Below, piece by piece: positions 42,376 through 53,233 of a DNA stretch of 64,000 bases. Made by a program: the position numbers and the translations under genes. This DNA is from Candidatus Bathyarchaeota archaeon (GTDB lineage: Archaea > Thermoproteota > Bathyarchaeia > Bathyarchaeales > Bathycorpusculaceae), in assembly GCA_963770935.1 (NCBI GenBank), contig CAVYRJ010000016.1, positions 32,001 through 96,000 of the forward strand. Direction: 5' to 3'. The notes beneath the pieces are model-generated. The model made no database searches. It was given only the letters and a program-made list of their open reading frames with translations, and was not told the origin of the DNA. Every line of letters starts with the position of its first letter. Positions within the stretch are counted from its first letter, which is position 1.

Positions 42376-43759
42376 ATGGGAGTAACCTCAAAAAACATCA
42401 TTCCTATTTTTTTCATAATAATAGTTATAGCTTCAAGCCTTTTCGTAGAATCAGCTACCGCGCAACAAAACAGATTCATTACGTATGGAAAAAGTACATC
42501 TTCTGATTCAATATTAGGCGATTCGCGTTCTTCTACTCCAATACTGACCTATTCGCCATCTCCCACTCCCTTTCCAATATTGCCAGCTGCTCCTACGCCT
42601 ACTTCCTTGACACTTCGAACCCCTGGAGCAACAACACAGACAATAACATTAACCCCAACTCCTGTCCCAACTAGCAGTTACTTTATTTCACCCTTGCCAA
42701 CTCCATCTCCAACAGCCAATCCAACTCCATCTCCAACAGCCACTCCAACTCCAGCACCAACAGCTACTCCAACTCCAGAACCAACAGCTACTCCAACTCC
42801 AGAACCAACAACTACTCCAACTCCAGAACCAACAACTACTCCAACTCCAGAACCAACAACTACTCCAACTCCAGAACCAACAACTACTCCAACTCCAACC
42901 CCCATCACCAACAACTACTCCAACTCCAACCCCATCACCAACAACTACTCCAACTCCAACCCCCATTCCAACTCCTATTCTATCCAGTGGGAACACTAAC
43001 GGTTTATGGTCTACAGCTGGTTCTGATTTAGCTCCGTCGCAATGCTCATACTACAGACAACAAAAAATCACAGAAATTTACATGCAAGTCGGTTACTGGA
43101 AATCAGACTCCTCACTCTACTATCTAGTATCCTCAAGCCAAATTCAAACTGCCGTAGCAAACGCCCACGCAGCCGGACTAAAGATCTACGCGTGGGTAAC
43201 CTCGCAAGCATCATACGGAACAACAATCAACATAGGCGCATCAAATCTACGCCAAACCGCAATCAACAATATGGTCAACCTAGCAAGAGACTACAACTTC
43301 GACGGCATCGCAGACGATCTTGAAGAATTGCAATGCAGCGGCTATTCAGATTACGTATCATACTTCAACGGTGCAGCATCAGCACTGCATACAATAGGAA
43401 AACAATACTATACAGCAGTAGTAGCCTACTTAGCTCCAAACATGGGCACAGCGCTCTTCAGCACAATTCACGTAGACAGAATACAACCCATGCTATACAC
43501 CTATCCGTCTGGACTACAAGAAACAAAAGCAAAGGAACACATTGATTTTTATTTGCGTTACTCTTCTTCGCCTGTTGGTTTAGCGATTCACTCTGATTAT
43601 CCAGCTTACGGTACTTTGGCAGATGCTATGAGTTGGGTTGATGAGCAGTTAGCTACTGGAACACCAACTGGCAAGCTTGCGGGCATTGATATTTTCTGGC
43701 TCCACGGGATGACTCAGAGTCAATGGAACGCATGGAGCAACTGGAACACCAAAAACTAG
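42376..43759 (+). CDS. Secreted protein: long PT linker + GH18-like domain; +1 frameshift in C tract near 42900
   Basis: Signal peptide; removing one C from AACCCCCATC (next repeat has AACCCCATC) gives a continuous frame into the duplicated domain. Confidence 0.75.
42697..42900 (+). repeat. 24-bp tandem repeat encoding PTPEPTTT
   Basis: CCAACTCCAGAACCAACAACTACT-type units, about 8 including degenerate ones. Confidence 0.9.
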
Positions 43760-44174
43760 GATGATCCAAAATGGGGCAATCTTTTTGGCAACCACACGCT
43801 TTTTACGTTTTATAACTTTTTCTTGATCCACGCCAATTTATGCATGACGACCCTATAAAAGCTGTAATGATCAGCGAAAAAGCAATGAATACAATTGGAA
43901 ATATGCAGTAATCTATAACGAGAAGTAATGGATAAAAAAAGGAAAGAACTAAAACAGAAGATAAGTTAAGATGCCCTTTGCAGCGGTTTAAAAAAAGAAT
44001 TTGGAAAGGGATAACCAAAATATGTATGCATCAAAAATCTTTGATAGACGTAAACACGATCTAAGAAATTGAAAAGAATGGCAATGATTATTATCTTAAG
44101 GGCTCTTCTGGAATCGATTATATTGTTGAATCACCAAATCAGAAAGTAAGGGTTGATTAGCTGATCTCTTCTAA

Positions 44175-45314
44175 TCAAATCTTCTTAAGCGAGTGTCTAA
44201 TTGAAGAAAGCAGCAACAAATATTTTAGTAGAACGAAGTAAATTTTTGACTTAATAAGCACTTTAAGCCCTACGTCTATCAGATTGGAGGACGTTTTCTT
44301 GTTCACCAATTTTATGTTCATATTTGTTCGAGACTTTTCAGTCCAATCAAACTTATAAGGTTCAGCTCCTTGCATGAAATCATATTCAACAATTCCTTTT
44401 GCAACGCACTCTTCCAAAACTTTTAAAGTTAACAAACTCCCTACCCTATATTTGGAGAAGTTTGGGTCAAAGCCTTTAAGGTGACAATACATTGTCCCTT
44501 TATATTCTAAATTTAGCTCCACGGCAACGGGTTTCTTTTCTACCGTCAAAAAATACAGTCTTAACCAGTCTTTTTCAGCAAAATACTTCGCCGTTTGAAA
44601 GGTAATATTCCGAGATTTTTCCAATCTAAACCTTCCGGGTTCACTCTTTGATACCCACCTCATCTGATGTAAATCAAAGAATATTTCCATTGCTTGCTCT
44701 AGAGAACCCAATTCGCGGTACTGTTTTAGCTCTACCTTACCTTGTTCAGCTTCCAATTTTTGCAGGCTCTTTTTCAGCTTTTTTTGAAACTTGGAATTTA
44801 GGCTTGCTATCAATTTGTCTTTTGTATTAGGAACCGCAACGAAAGGGCAAACTATTCCTTTTTTAATTTCAAGTTTAGGAATTTCAGATGAGTTTTCAAT
44901 TATTGCCAAGCTTGGTGATGATTGGGGCAAATCTGGAAAATTCATGAAATCCCAATCTTTTTGGCTAAACAAGTAAGTCAAGAACTCGTGAACGCATTGA
45001 TCTTCGTTTTGCGTCACGATTATTCCATTGTAGTCTGTATCTCCATTAGTCAACGGTTCAAGGATGCCATATCCCAAGGGCCAAATCAGACCCTTACGAG
45101 TTACCCGAAAAGGGGCAATTCCCACAAGCTCATCACCTTCAGTCGCACATAATATCTTAAGTGAACTATGATTGCCCAGATAGTTTACTGAAGGGGCCAT
45201 TTTTTCCCAAGTTAAAAAAATATTGTCCTCTACGCTTTTGTTGAGGGTCTGATCCCAACGATTCTTCATTTTAAAAAATTCCATCTTGGTGTTTATCTCG
45301 CTAATGCGTAGCAT
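44175..45314 (-). CDS. CelD/BcsL-like GNAT N-acetyltransferase
   Basis: FLTWE, LVGIAP, DY, FFDLHQMRW, GFDP.FSKYRVGSLL, YDFMQGAEPYK. Confidence 0.88.
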   Translation of the reverse strand: MLRISEINTKMEFFKMKNRWDQTLNKSVEDNIFLTWEKMAPSVNYLGNHSSLKILCATEGDELVGIAPFRVTRKGLIWPLGYGILEPLTNGDTDYNGIIVTQNEDQCVHEFLTYLFSQKDWDFMNFPDLPQSSPSLAIIENSSEIPKLEIKKGIVCPFVAVPNTKDKLIASLNSKFQKKLKKSLQKLEAEQGKVELKQYRELGSLEQAMEIFFDLHQMRWVSKSEPGRFRLEKSRNITFQTAKYFAEKDWLRLYFLTVEKKPVAVELNLEYKGTMYCHLKGFDPNFSKYRVGSLLTLKVLEECVAKGIVEYDFMQGAEPYKFDWTEKSRTNMNIKLVNKKTSSNLIDVGLKVLIKSKIYFVLLKYLLLLSSIRHSLKKI

Positions 45315-45503
45315 TCAAATCCCTGTATGTTTCATTAAGGCTTAAATCTACATATAATTGAGTACTGCCAATGTTGAAATATATCCGGTATCGGTGTATT
45401 GGATAATTGCGCTTATTATTGTGATAACAAAAGTCGAACACACATTAATACAACAAGCGTGATTGTGGTGTTTCACATTTTGATAAGTGGATTTAACCTT
45501 TGC

Positions 45504-46163
45504 TTACTCTTTCTTGCCCCTATTTCTCATGACCTCTGTGGCTCTAACCCAACGACCCTCTGAACCTTTGTTCGAGATTTTCCTCGCAGGGCAACCACCT
45601 ATACTTATGTTTGGTTCGTCAAAAGTTTTGTTTACAAAGGAATTAGCCCCTATGACGATTCCCTCAGCTATCGATATGGGACCTACGATAACGGCCCCCG
45701 TACTGATAATGACATTTTTGCCTATGGTGGGTACTCCATTGTTTATCAAGTCTGTACCTATTGTAACTCCATGATGTATTCGGCAGTTTTCTCCCACTTG
45801 CACTCCATGATGTATAACTATTGAACCTCTATGCGCTATTGATAAGCCAGGACCGAAAACGTTGCGAGGAATAACAAAACCAAGTTTAATGCTTAGCTTT
45901 TCAAGGTCATAACGGGAATGTAAACACGATAACTTGCTAATAGGATTCGCTTTGCAATTTTCCAAGTACTCTACCTTTCGTAGGCAACGTTGAAATTTCC
46001 AGATTTCGTCTTGAAATAATCGGGGTTGTTTTGATTCTACGTTAAGGGCTATTTGGTCAGCTTCTAAATAGAACAAATAATCTTCTTTTGTTCGTATCAC
46101 GGTGTTTTCTTGAGTTGGTCGCAAACGCTTAAAAAGTTTGTGATTCTTGTTTTCCAATTCCAT
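45504..46163 (-). CDS. Serine acetyltransferase-like hexapeptide-repeat O-acetyltransferase
   Basis: FGPGLSIAHRGSIVI, VGENCRIHHGVTIG, IGANSFV, GGCPAR. Confidence 0.88.
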   Translation of the reverse strand: MELENKNHKLFKRLRPTQENTVIRTKEDYLFYLEADQIALNVESKQPRLFQDEIWKFQRCLRKVEYLENCKANPISKLSCLHSRYDLEKLSIKLGFVIPRNVFGPGLSIAHRGSIVIHHGVQVGENCRIHHGVTIGTDLINNGVPTIGKNVIISTGAVIVGPISIAEGIVIGANSFVNKTFDEPNISIGGCPARKISNKGSEGRWVRATEVMRNRGKKE

Positions 46164-46363
46164 AGTTGATGTTTTTTCTATTAATTTTCCGGTGACTAAC
46201 GAGGGTCCTTCATATGCTTGTAAGGCGGTGGTCTCTACTTTGTAAAATCCAATTTAGACTAACCTTGAGCACTATCAATTTTGGATATATTTCAAAATTC
46301 GCAGCTTTAATTAAATGCTAACTCCAACATCTTAAGTCTTATTCTAGCGTGGAGGAAACATAA

Positions 46364-47500
46364 GTGCTGCGCATAAGTGAGATAAATACTAAAACAGAGT
46401 TTTTCAATATGAAAGGTTATTGGGATCAGACCCTTACCACGACTATAGATAACAATGTTTTTCTAACTTGGGAGAAAACGACTACTTCAGCATCATTTCT
46501 AAGAAATGACTTTGCAATCAAGATATTATGTACGACTGAAGGTAACGAAATTATAAGTATTGCTCCTTTTCGTGTAACTCACAAAGGTCTAAGAAGCCAC
46601 TTTGGTGATGATTTTCTTGAGCCTTTGGCTGAGGGAAAAACAGACTGCGAAAGAGTAAAAGTGGCTCAAGAAGAAGATCTATGTCTACATCAATTTGTAC
46701 CATATATAATTAGCCAAAAAGATGGCGATTTCAAGAATTTCCGAGATTTACCACAATTCCCGAGTTTAGGAGTTAATGAAAATTCACGAGAAATTTCTAA
46801 ATTAGAAATTGAAAAAGGAATAATTTGCCCTTTTATTGCAGTTCCCAACTCAACAGAAAAACTAGAGTCAAGCCTAAAATCTAAGTTTCAGAAAAAGCTG
46901 AAAAATAATTTGAAAGAGTTGGAGAAACAGCACGGCAAAGTTGAGCTAAAACTATACCAAGATATAGGCTCTTTAGAACAGGCAATGGATGTTTTCTTTA
47001 ATTTACATCGCAAAAAAAGTTTATCAAAAGGTGACCTTGGAAGGTTCGAAAAAAAGAAAGCTCGAGAAATTACCTTTCAGACAGCAAAATATTTTGCTGA
47101 AAAAGACTTGCTAAGACTGTATTTTCTCACGGTAAACAACAAACCCATTGCAGTTGAGTTGAATTTAGAATATGAAGGTAAAATGTACTGCCACTTTAAA
47201 AGTTTTGATCCAAACTACTCTAAATACAGAGTAGGAAACTTGTTGACCTTAAAGGTATTAGAAGAATGCATTGCAAAAGGAATTGTTGAGTACAATTTCA
47301 TGCAAGGGGCTAAAAACTACAAATATGAATGGACCAACAAGTTTAGACGAACCATCAACATAAAATTAGTAAAAAAGAAAACCTCAGCCCATCTGATTGA
47401 TGTCGGGTTCAAGATTCTCAATAAGTCAAAAATTGATTCGCTTCTAACAAAATATGCATTAGTGCTTTCTTCAATTAGATACTTGTTTAAGAAGTTTTGA
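46364..47500 (+). CDS. CelD/BcsL-like GNAT, inverted paralog of 44175-45314, possibly degenerate
   Basis: Same N-terminus MLRISEINTK and long shared blocks; several family-typical residues changed. Confidence 0.82.
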   Translation: MLRISEINTKTEFFNMKGYWDQTLTTTIDNNVFLTWEKTTTSASFLRNDFAIKILCTTEGNEIISIAPFRVTHKGLRSHFGDDFLEPLAEGKTDCERVKVAQEEDLCLHQFVPYIISQKDGDFKNFRDLPQFPSLGVNENSREISKLEIEKGIICPFIAVPNSTEKLESSLKSKFQKKLKNNLKELEKQHGKVELKLYQDIGSLEQAMDVFFNLHRKKSLSKGDLGRFEKKKAREITFQTAKYFAEKDLLRLYFLTVNNKPIAVELNLEYEGKMYCHFKSFDPNYSKYRVGNLLTLKVLEECIAKGIVEYNFMQGAKNYKYEWTNKFRRTINIKLVKKKTSAHLIDVGFKILNKSKIDSLLTKYALVLSSIRYLFKKF

Positions 47501-47790
47501 TTAAGGTACGATGCATTTATCGTTCCCTCATTTCTGATAATGATTATTCAACAATCTAATCAAAGTTTAAAAATACTCAATAGGCAGATGGAAATTAAAT
47601 TTTTAAAATTAGATAAAATAGGAACAGTCAACCCAACAAAAAAATTGATTTAGAAGCTTTTGGACAAAAATTTAGAATTTACTCATCATCATTGGACACT
47701 TGGCTTATTGCACTTCAAGCGTTATCTTGATTAAAGAGCAAGGAAGTCAAGGAAAAAAAATATCTGTTCTACGTTGACAGCGTGGAAAAA

Positions 47791-48441
47791 CTACAAAATG
47801 GCTTTTCTGCAGTGAAAAGCTTCAGCGTAGCCGCTTTGGGAATTAGATTCTACGCCTCGAATTCTCATTATTGACCTGAAGTTGTCTTGAGAGAACCAGG
47901 AATTCTCTTTTTGAGTTTTAAAGAAGCTACATAAAAGATGAATTTTATTATCAACATCTGGGACATCGATATGATTGTAGAGGTTTGGAGTGACTAAATC
48001 TCCATCATATTTGGGAATTTCATACTCTAAAATGAGGTGATTTCTGTAAGTATTCCAAGTGAGGTTTGATATTAGTCTATGATCTTGGTGAGCGTCATTG
48101 CTATAGTGGGTGAAAATGACATCAGGATCAAAATTGACTTTAATTTCCTCGAAGTAGTCTTTAATCTCCGCACCAATAAAAGGAAAGTATGAATCTCGAA
48201 AGTCTTGAATATCTATCGTCTTTGACTTTGTTTGTGAGAGAAAAGATTTGGCGCTTTCATTCGCTTCTTTAGCCCGATTTCCTTTTGCACTAAATACAAC
48301 CCAGTAGAATTGAGCTTCAGGTGCTTCCCTCAATAATTTAAGAATTGTTCCACCACACCCTATTTCTATATCGTCTGAGTGGGCACCTAAACACAAGATT
48401 TTAGGAGATTTTTTTTCCCAAAGGAGATTAAGTTTAAGCAT
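47791..48441 (-). CDS. PIG-L family deacetylase
   Basis: GAHSDDIEIGCGG, DAHQDH; start at MLKLN overlapping the upstream gene end. Confidence 0.9.
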   Translation of the reverse strand: MLKLNLLWEKKSPKILCLGAHSDDIEIGCGGTILKLLREAPEAQFYWVVFSAKGNRAKEANESAKSFLSQTKSKTIDIQDFRDSYFPFIGAEIKDYFEEIKVNFDPDVIFTHYSNDAHQDHRLISNLTWNTYRNHLILEYEIPKYDGDLVTPNLYNHIDVPDVDNKIHLLCSFFKTQKENSWFSQDNFRSIMRIRGVESNSQSGYAEAFHCRKAIL

Positions 48442-49237
48442 GCTTTTTCTCCGAGGGTTTTTTGCCGCCCCAGATTTCCCAAAATGATCCATTGTTTGAA
48501 GCTAATTCGTCTAAACGCTGCTTATCCTTGTATGTGTCAAGACTAGCCCAGAACCCGTCATGGGGATAGGCGATCAACTGGTCTTTTTTAATTAGTCTTT
48601 CGAATGGTTCGATCACAAGATCTTCGCCTGGATTGATGTATTCGAATATTTGTTTTTTGAATATGAAAAAACCGCCGTTTATTCTAAGTGGAGTATTGTT
48701 AAGGGGGCTAACACTTTGGACAAAGCCTTGATCGTTGATTGAAACGTAATGAAAAGTGAAACCAACGGGTTTTACTGCGGTTAAGCAGGCGATTTTGTCG
48801 CGTTCGGTAAAATATTTGATCATATTTGTAAGGGGTAAGTCGGTTAGAGCATCTGAGTAATTAGCCATGAACATGTCCTCGCCATCAAGATATTTACGGA
48901 CCGCCATTAATCGTTGGCCAACATTTGCGTTAAGACCGGTCTCGGCGAATGTTATATTCCAATCTTGGAGGTCGTTTTTGCTCAGTTGTTTTTTGACTCC
49001 GTTTGAAAGCATGAAATCGTCTTGTGGACATTCCTCATAATTGAGGAAGAATTTTTTAATTTCTTCGCCCTTGTAACCGAGGCAAAGAATGAAGTCCTTA
49101 TGACCAAAATATGAGTAGTATTTCATTAGAAGCAACAAGACGGGTTTTCCGCCAACTTGAACCAAAGGTTTTGGAATATTTTCTGTTGCAGGGTGAAGTC
49201 TTAAGCCTAACCCACCGCAAAAAAGAACAACTTTCAT
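48434..49237 (-). CDS. rfbF: Glucose-1-phosphate cytidylyltransferase-like nucleotidyltransferase
   Basis: VVLFCGGLGLRL, PKP, CLGYKG, INGGFF, GFW..DT.KD. Confidence 0.85.
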   Translation of the reverse strand: MKVVLFCGGLGLRLHPATENIPKPLVQVGGKPVLLLLMKYYSYFGHKDFILCLGYKGEEIKKFFLNYEECPQDDFMLSNGVKKQLSKNDLQDWNITFAETGLNANVGQRLMAVRKYLDGEDMFMANYSDALTDLPLTNMIKYFTERDKIACLTAVKPVGFTFHYVSINDQGFVQSVSPLNNTPLRINGGFFIFKKQIFEYINPGEDLVIEPFERLIKKDQLIAYPHDGFWASLDTYKDKQRLDELASNNGSFWEIWGGKKPSEKKHA

Positions 49238-49238
49238 T

Positions 49239-50528
49239 TTAGTTTCCCCCTAAGTTAACGATTTTTCTTTCGTTTTTAGTACCATTCGAGTCATACACTG
49301 TCAGTTCTGGAATTGGTACTATAAACTTGCCACCCCATTCACCAATGTAGGCCATTTGACTCATAAGCTCTCCCTTGATAGCCCAAGGTAAGATAAAAAC
49401 ATAGTCAGGTTTAGTCTCTTTTATCTTATCTGGATGATAAATTGGTATCCGAGTTCCACCCAAAAACTTGCCTTGCTTGTTTGGATTACGATCCGCTGTA
49501 TAGTCTAGAAAATCTGAACGAATACCACAGAAGTTAAGAAGAGTATTAGCTTCTGCATGTGCTCCGTATCCTATAATGGATTTGTTGTGATTTTTAAGTT
49601 CTATCAGATACGCCAAGATGCCTCTTTTTGTCTTTTTAACTTTTTCATTAAAAGCGATATACGTATCAGTTTTACTTAATCCATTGTCGTCCTCTTTTTT
49701 CCGCAACTCGGCAATATGTGGTGAAATGGGTTTAGATTTATCTTCAGTATGACAAGCATAAATCCTTAATGACCCCCCATGTGTGGGAATCTCTTCAACA
49801 TCGAAAATCTTTAAGCCATGGCTTGCAAAGATTTTCTCGACAACTCTGAAAGAAAAATATGAAAATCGTTCATGACTGATTGTGTCAAACTGGCTGTTAT
49901 TAATTAACTTCATTATATGGTGAAACTCGATTGTTATAATGCCCGTTGGCTTGAGAAGATTTCCTAGGTTTTCTACAAAACCATTTAAATCAGGCACTTG
50001 GGCTAAAATATTATTTCCAACTATAAGGTCTGCCTGTTTGTTTTGACTAATTAACTTCTCACAAGTCGCCTTATCAAAAAAATTAACGAGAGTTGGAATG
50101 CCTTTCTTTATAGCTTCTTCCGCAACATTGCCGGCAGGTTCAACACCTATTACAGGAATACCGCGTTGTGCAAGAAACTGAAGGAGGTAACCATCGTTAC
50201 TTCCAATTTCTACAACTTGACTCTTTTCATTTAAGTTCAGTTTCGCTGTAATCATTTCAGAGTAGCTCTCGATATGTTTCATCCAGCCCGTAGAATGAGA
50301 CGAAAAGTATGCGTAATTTGAAAAAAGTTCTTTTGGGGTCATCGATTCTTCAAGTTGAACTAAAAAGCAATTATTGCAGAAATAGGCACGAATCGCATAG
50401 AAAGGCTCCATTTTATTTTGATCTTCAGCAGCGAGATAACTTTCACAAAAGGGTTGAACACCTAGATCAGCGAATATGTGTTCAAGTGGGGATCCACAGA
50501 AGCGGCATGTTGAAACAGATTTTATCAT
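49239..50528 (-). CDS. NDP-sugar C-methyltransferase
   Basis: N-terminal CRFC..CNNC zinc site, YAYFSS, EIGSNDG, HE..YFS, THGGSLR, GYGA. Confidence 0.9.
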   Translation of the reverse strand: MIKSVSTCRFCGSPLEHIFADLGVQPFCESYLAAEDQNKMEPFYAIRAYFCNNCFLVQLEESMTPKELFSNYAYFSSHSTGWMKHIESYSEMITAKLNLNEKSQVVEIGSNDGYLLQFLAQRGIPVIGVEPAGNVAEEAIKKGIPTLVNFFDKATCEKLISQNKQADLIVGNNILAQVPDLNGFVENLGNLLKPTGIITIEFHHIMKLINNSQFDTISHERFSYFSFRVVEKIFASHGLKIFDVEEIPTHGGSLRIYACHTEDKSKPISPHIAELRKKEDDNGLSKTDTYIAFNEKVKKTKRGILAYLIELKNHNKSIIGYGAHAEANTLLNFCGIRSDFLDYTADRNPNKQGKFLGGTRIPIYHPDKIKETKPDYVFILPWAIKGELMSQMAYIGEWGGKFIVPIPELTVYDSNGTKNERKIVNLGGN

Positions 50529-50563
50529 TACTGTTCGACCTTATGACCTTGAATAGTTTTGTG

Positions 50564-51610
50564 TCAATTGTTTACCTTTAAACGCATTGTACTATCTATT
50601 CTGCCTGAACGTAAACTGTTTTCCAGATGGGTGATGCGTCTGTATCTAGGACCTTCAAACTCTTCAACTAGCAATCCAACTTTTTTGTATGCTTCGTAAA
50701 GCTGCTTTGCTCCTTTCGCGACTGTCCATTGAGGCTTAAAAGCAGGCAAAGCAGTAGCTATCTTGTCGAACTCAACCCGATAAGAACGTTGGTCTGGTTC
50801 AGCCCCTTCCACATATTGAATCTGACTATTTGGCACTGTTTGTTTAGCTATTTCTGCCACTTCACGTATTCGATAATTTTCACTATTTTGACCGACATTG
50901 AAGATTTGGTTGTGGACTACGTCTTTGGGAGCCTTCAAAACGGAAATGAAAGCGCGGGAAATATCTTCTATATGTACAAATGGACGCCATGCACTGCCAT
51001 CACTCTTCAAAAGCACAATTCCTTTTGTAAACGACCAAGCAATAAAATTGTTGACAACTAGGTCAAATCGAAGCATCGGAGAGAGACCATATGCTGTTGA
51101 AGAGCGCAAAAAAGTCGGGCTGAAATTGGAGTCAGCTAATTTAGCAATGTCCTTTTCAGCCATAACTTTTGACTCAGCATAAGGTGTAACTGGATTTACT
51201 TCAGACTCCTCATTTACGATATCAGTGGTAGCAGCACCATATACGCTGCATGATGACGACAAAATATAACGTTCAATGCCTGCTTCTTTGGCCAATTTTG
51301 CCAATTTTACAGAGGCCTCATGGTTAATTTCATAGGTCACTCTTGGGTTAAGATTGCCTAACGGATCATTAGATAAGGCACAAAGGTGAATAACCGCGTC
51401 TACACCTTTCAAGTCGGAAAGTTCTACATCGCGTATGTCTTTCTTAATATAAGGAATCGGTGAAATTGCTCCTGTTACAGAAGCATCACCAAAAACACAA
51501 CCATCAAAAAGATCACTATCTAATCCGCATACTTCAAAACCGGCTGCTTCTATAATAGGCACCATAACTGTTCCTATGTATCCATGGTGACCAGTCACTA
51601 ATACGCGCAA
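50564..51610 (-). CDS. NAD-dependent epimerase/dehydratase (extended SDR)
   Basis: TGHHGYIG, SSCSVYG, YAESK. Confidence 0.92.
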   Translation of the reverse strand: MRVLVTGHHGYIGTVMVPIIEAAGFEVCGLDSDLFDGCVFGDASVTGAISPIPYIKKDIRDVELSDLKGVDAVIHLCALSNDPLGNLNPRVTYEINHEASVKLAKLAKEAGIERYILSSSCSVYGAATTDIVNEESEVNPVTPYAESKVMAEKDIAKLADSNFSPTFLRSSTAYGLSPMLRFDLVVNNFIAWSFTKGIVLLKSDGSAWRPFVHIEDISRAFISVLKAPKDVVHNQIFNVGQNSENYRIREVAEIAKQTVPNSQIQYVEGAEPDQRSYRVEFDKIATALPAFKPQWTVAKGAKQLYEAYKKVGLLVEEFEGPRYRRITHLENSLRSGRIDSTMRLKVNN

Positions 51611-51716
51611 TTTTTTTCACACTCTGCTTGCTCAAGCACTTTCAAGTATATTAACTATATTCCAATCCATTACATAAGATTTAAGATATGATTGTAGGAG
51701 CTGAAGGCAATTCGAC

Positions 51717-52905
51717 TTAGTTACAAGGGATGTACTCTGCAGAGATGCCCATGTCGTCCATCATTTTCTTGATTTCATTGCAGTAGATCGGATTCATTAC
51801 AATTACTGTGTCAGGTTTGTACTGTTTGAGAAATTCTGGTGAAACAATTTGCTTTCCAACACCTGGAATAAATTTGCCATGCCTTCGAGGGTTTATGTCA
51901 ACAATATACTGTATTTCATCTTTGACTCCAAGCGTAGTCATGAAACCAACACACTTGGATCCTGATCCCCAAACAATTGCCTTCTTTTTCTTATCCTTAA
52001 TTTCTAAAAGCTGATTTTTCCAGAAACTAAGCTTTTCCTTTGAATGCATAGCAAAGCTTTCAACATCCTTTGCGGTTTCCTCCACGCTTTCTTCGTTTTT
52101 GAAGACTTTTTGGGATTTTTTGCTAACAGGTTTAGCTTCAATCAAGAGATATTGATCGAAATAATCCTTCTGTAGATTTGTTACTTCAAAATTGCAGAAC
52201 CGAAATAGGCGCGCAAGGGAACCTAAATTGAAGTATGAACAATGTTCATAGTAAATATCCCAAAATGCAACTTCATGCAAGATTCTGGTGACGTCTGGTA
52301 CCTCAAAAAAGGTTGCAGTGCTTAACTTATCGCTAATTCCATGGCGAAGACAGTTTATGAAATCGGCTGTGTCATGAATATGTTCCAATGTATGTCGGCA
52401 ACAAACTAAATCCCCGTTTTGATGGGCGTATTTGTCTGAATAATAGTCATGAATGAACGTCAAGCGACTTGAGGCTTCGCTCTCTACACCGCCGCTCACG
52501 GTTGAAGGGTCAATTCCTACTCCGTAGTTGTTGCCTATTTGGCAGAGTAGAGCTAGAAAGTCTCCTCTTCCGCAACCAATCTCTGATATATGCTTATCAT
52601 GCAAATTGTAATCTTGAACAAGGCGAGATGCTAACCTGTTAGCGTAAGCATTGAACGTCCCTGAGAACCCTTGTTCTTCTGGAGCGAGAGTGGAATAATC
52701 TAATTTTGAAGAATCAAAAGCCAAGTTTGAAATAAAACCACAATTATCACAAAAGCCAAGAACAACGTCACCTCTGGGAAAACTAACTGCTTCTTCATGA
52801 TTTGAAAACATCATACAACTGTTTGCAGGAACATTCTTGGCTTCGTAAAAAGTTGACATAGCCAGTCCTCTTGCAACTTGGGCAAACGTGACTAGTTTTT
52901 ATTAT
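51717..52905 (-). CDS. Second NDP-sugar C-methyltransferase-like protein; N-terminal CPSC out of frame near 52860
   Basis: CDNC, EIGCGRG, HTLEH, YEHCSYF, WGSGSK; upstream frame reads HVCPSCKRTG; start approximate. Confidence 0.82.
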
Positions 52906-53233
52906 TAAGCCTCAACTCCGAGATTCTTGATAAATTATTTTGAAATTTTGAATACGTTAATCTTTAATATAAAGATACAGCTCATCAAACTGATTCATTG
53001 GAATCCAATAGTTAAAACCAACTCAAATTTTTTAATGTTCTTAACAGCTTGGTTTTACATTTTAGGACTCAAGGAATTTGTCAATAGTCCATTCTGCATG
53101 AAGACAAACTCTTAACAATCAGCAGACAACTAAATCTTTATGCAAATTATGTGCCTATTTAGAAGAAATAGATGTAAAAAGAAAAATACATTTAAATGAG
53201 TTTATACAAGGCTTTTCATTAAGAAGGCAAATA

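Larger units (their letters stand above)
41620..43775. repeat. 761-bp direct repeat (41620-42380 and 43015-43775), offset 1395 bp
   Basis: Both copies start AGCTGGTTCTGATTTAGCTCC and end CTAGGATGATCCAAAATGGG; first about 410 bp look identical, later part patchily diverged. Confidence 0.95.

Noticed and set aside
42697-42960. CRISPR-like array
   Set aside because: Contiguous 24-30-bp coding repeats (PT linker) with no unique spacers and no cas genes
42678-42996. GV- and WSWSSC-repeat ORFs on minus strand
   Set aside because: Antisense shadows of the PT linker
41620-43775. DGR template/variable repeat pair
   Set aside because: Differences are not adenine-specific, many are synonymous, and no reverse transcriptase is present
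44010-44160. Possible gene remnant on plus strand
   Set aside because: Short, interrupted by a stop, no recognisable family
47680-47700. C box (ATGATGA) on minus strand
   Set aside because: No D box at suitable distance
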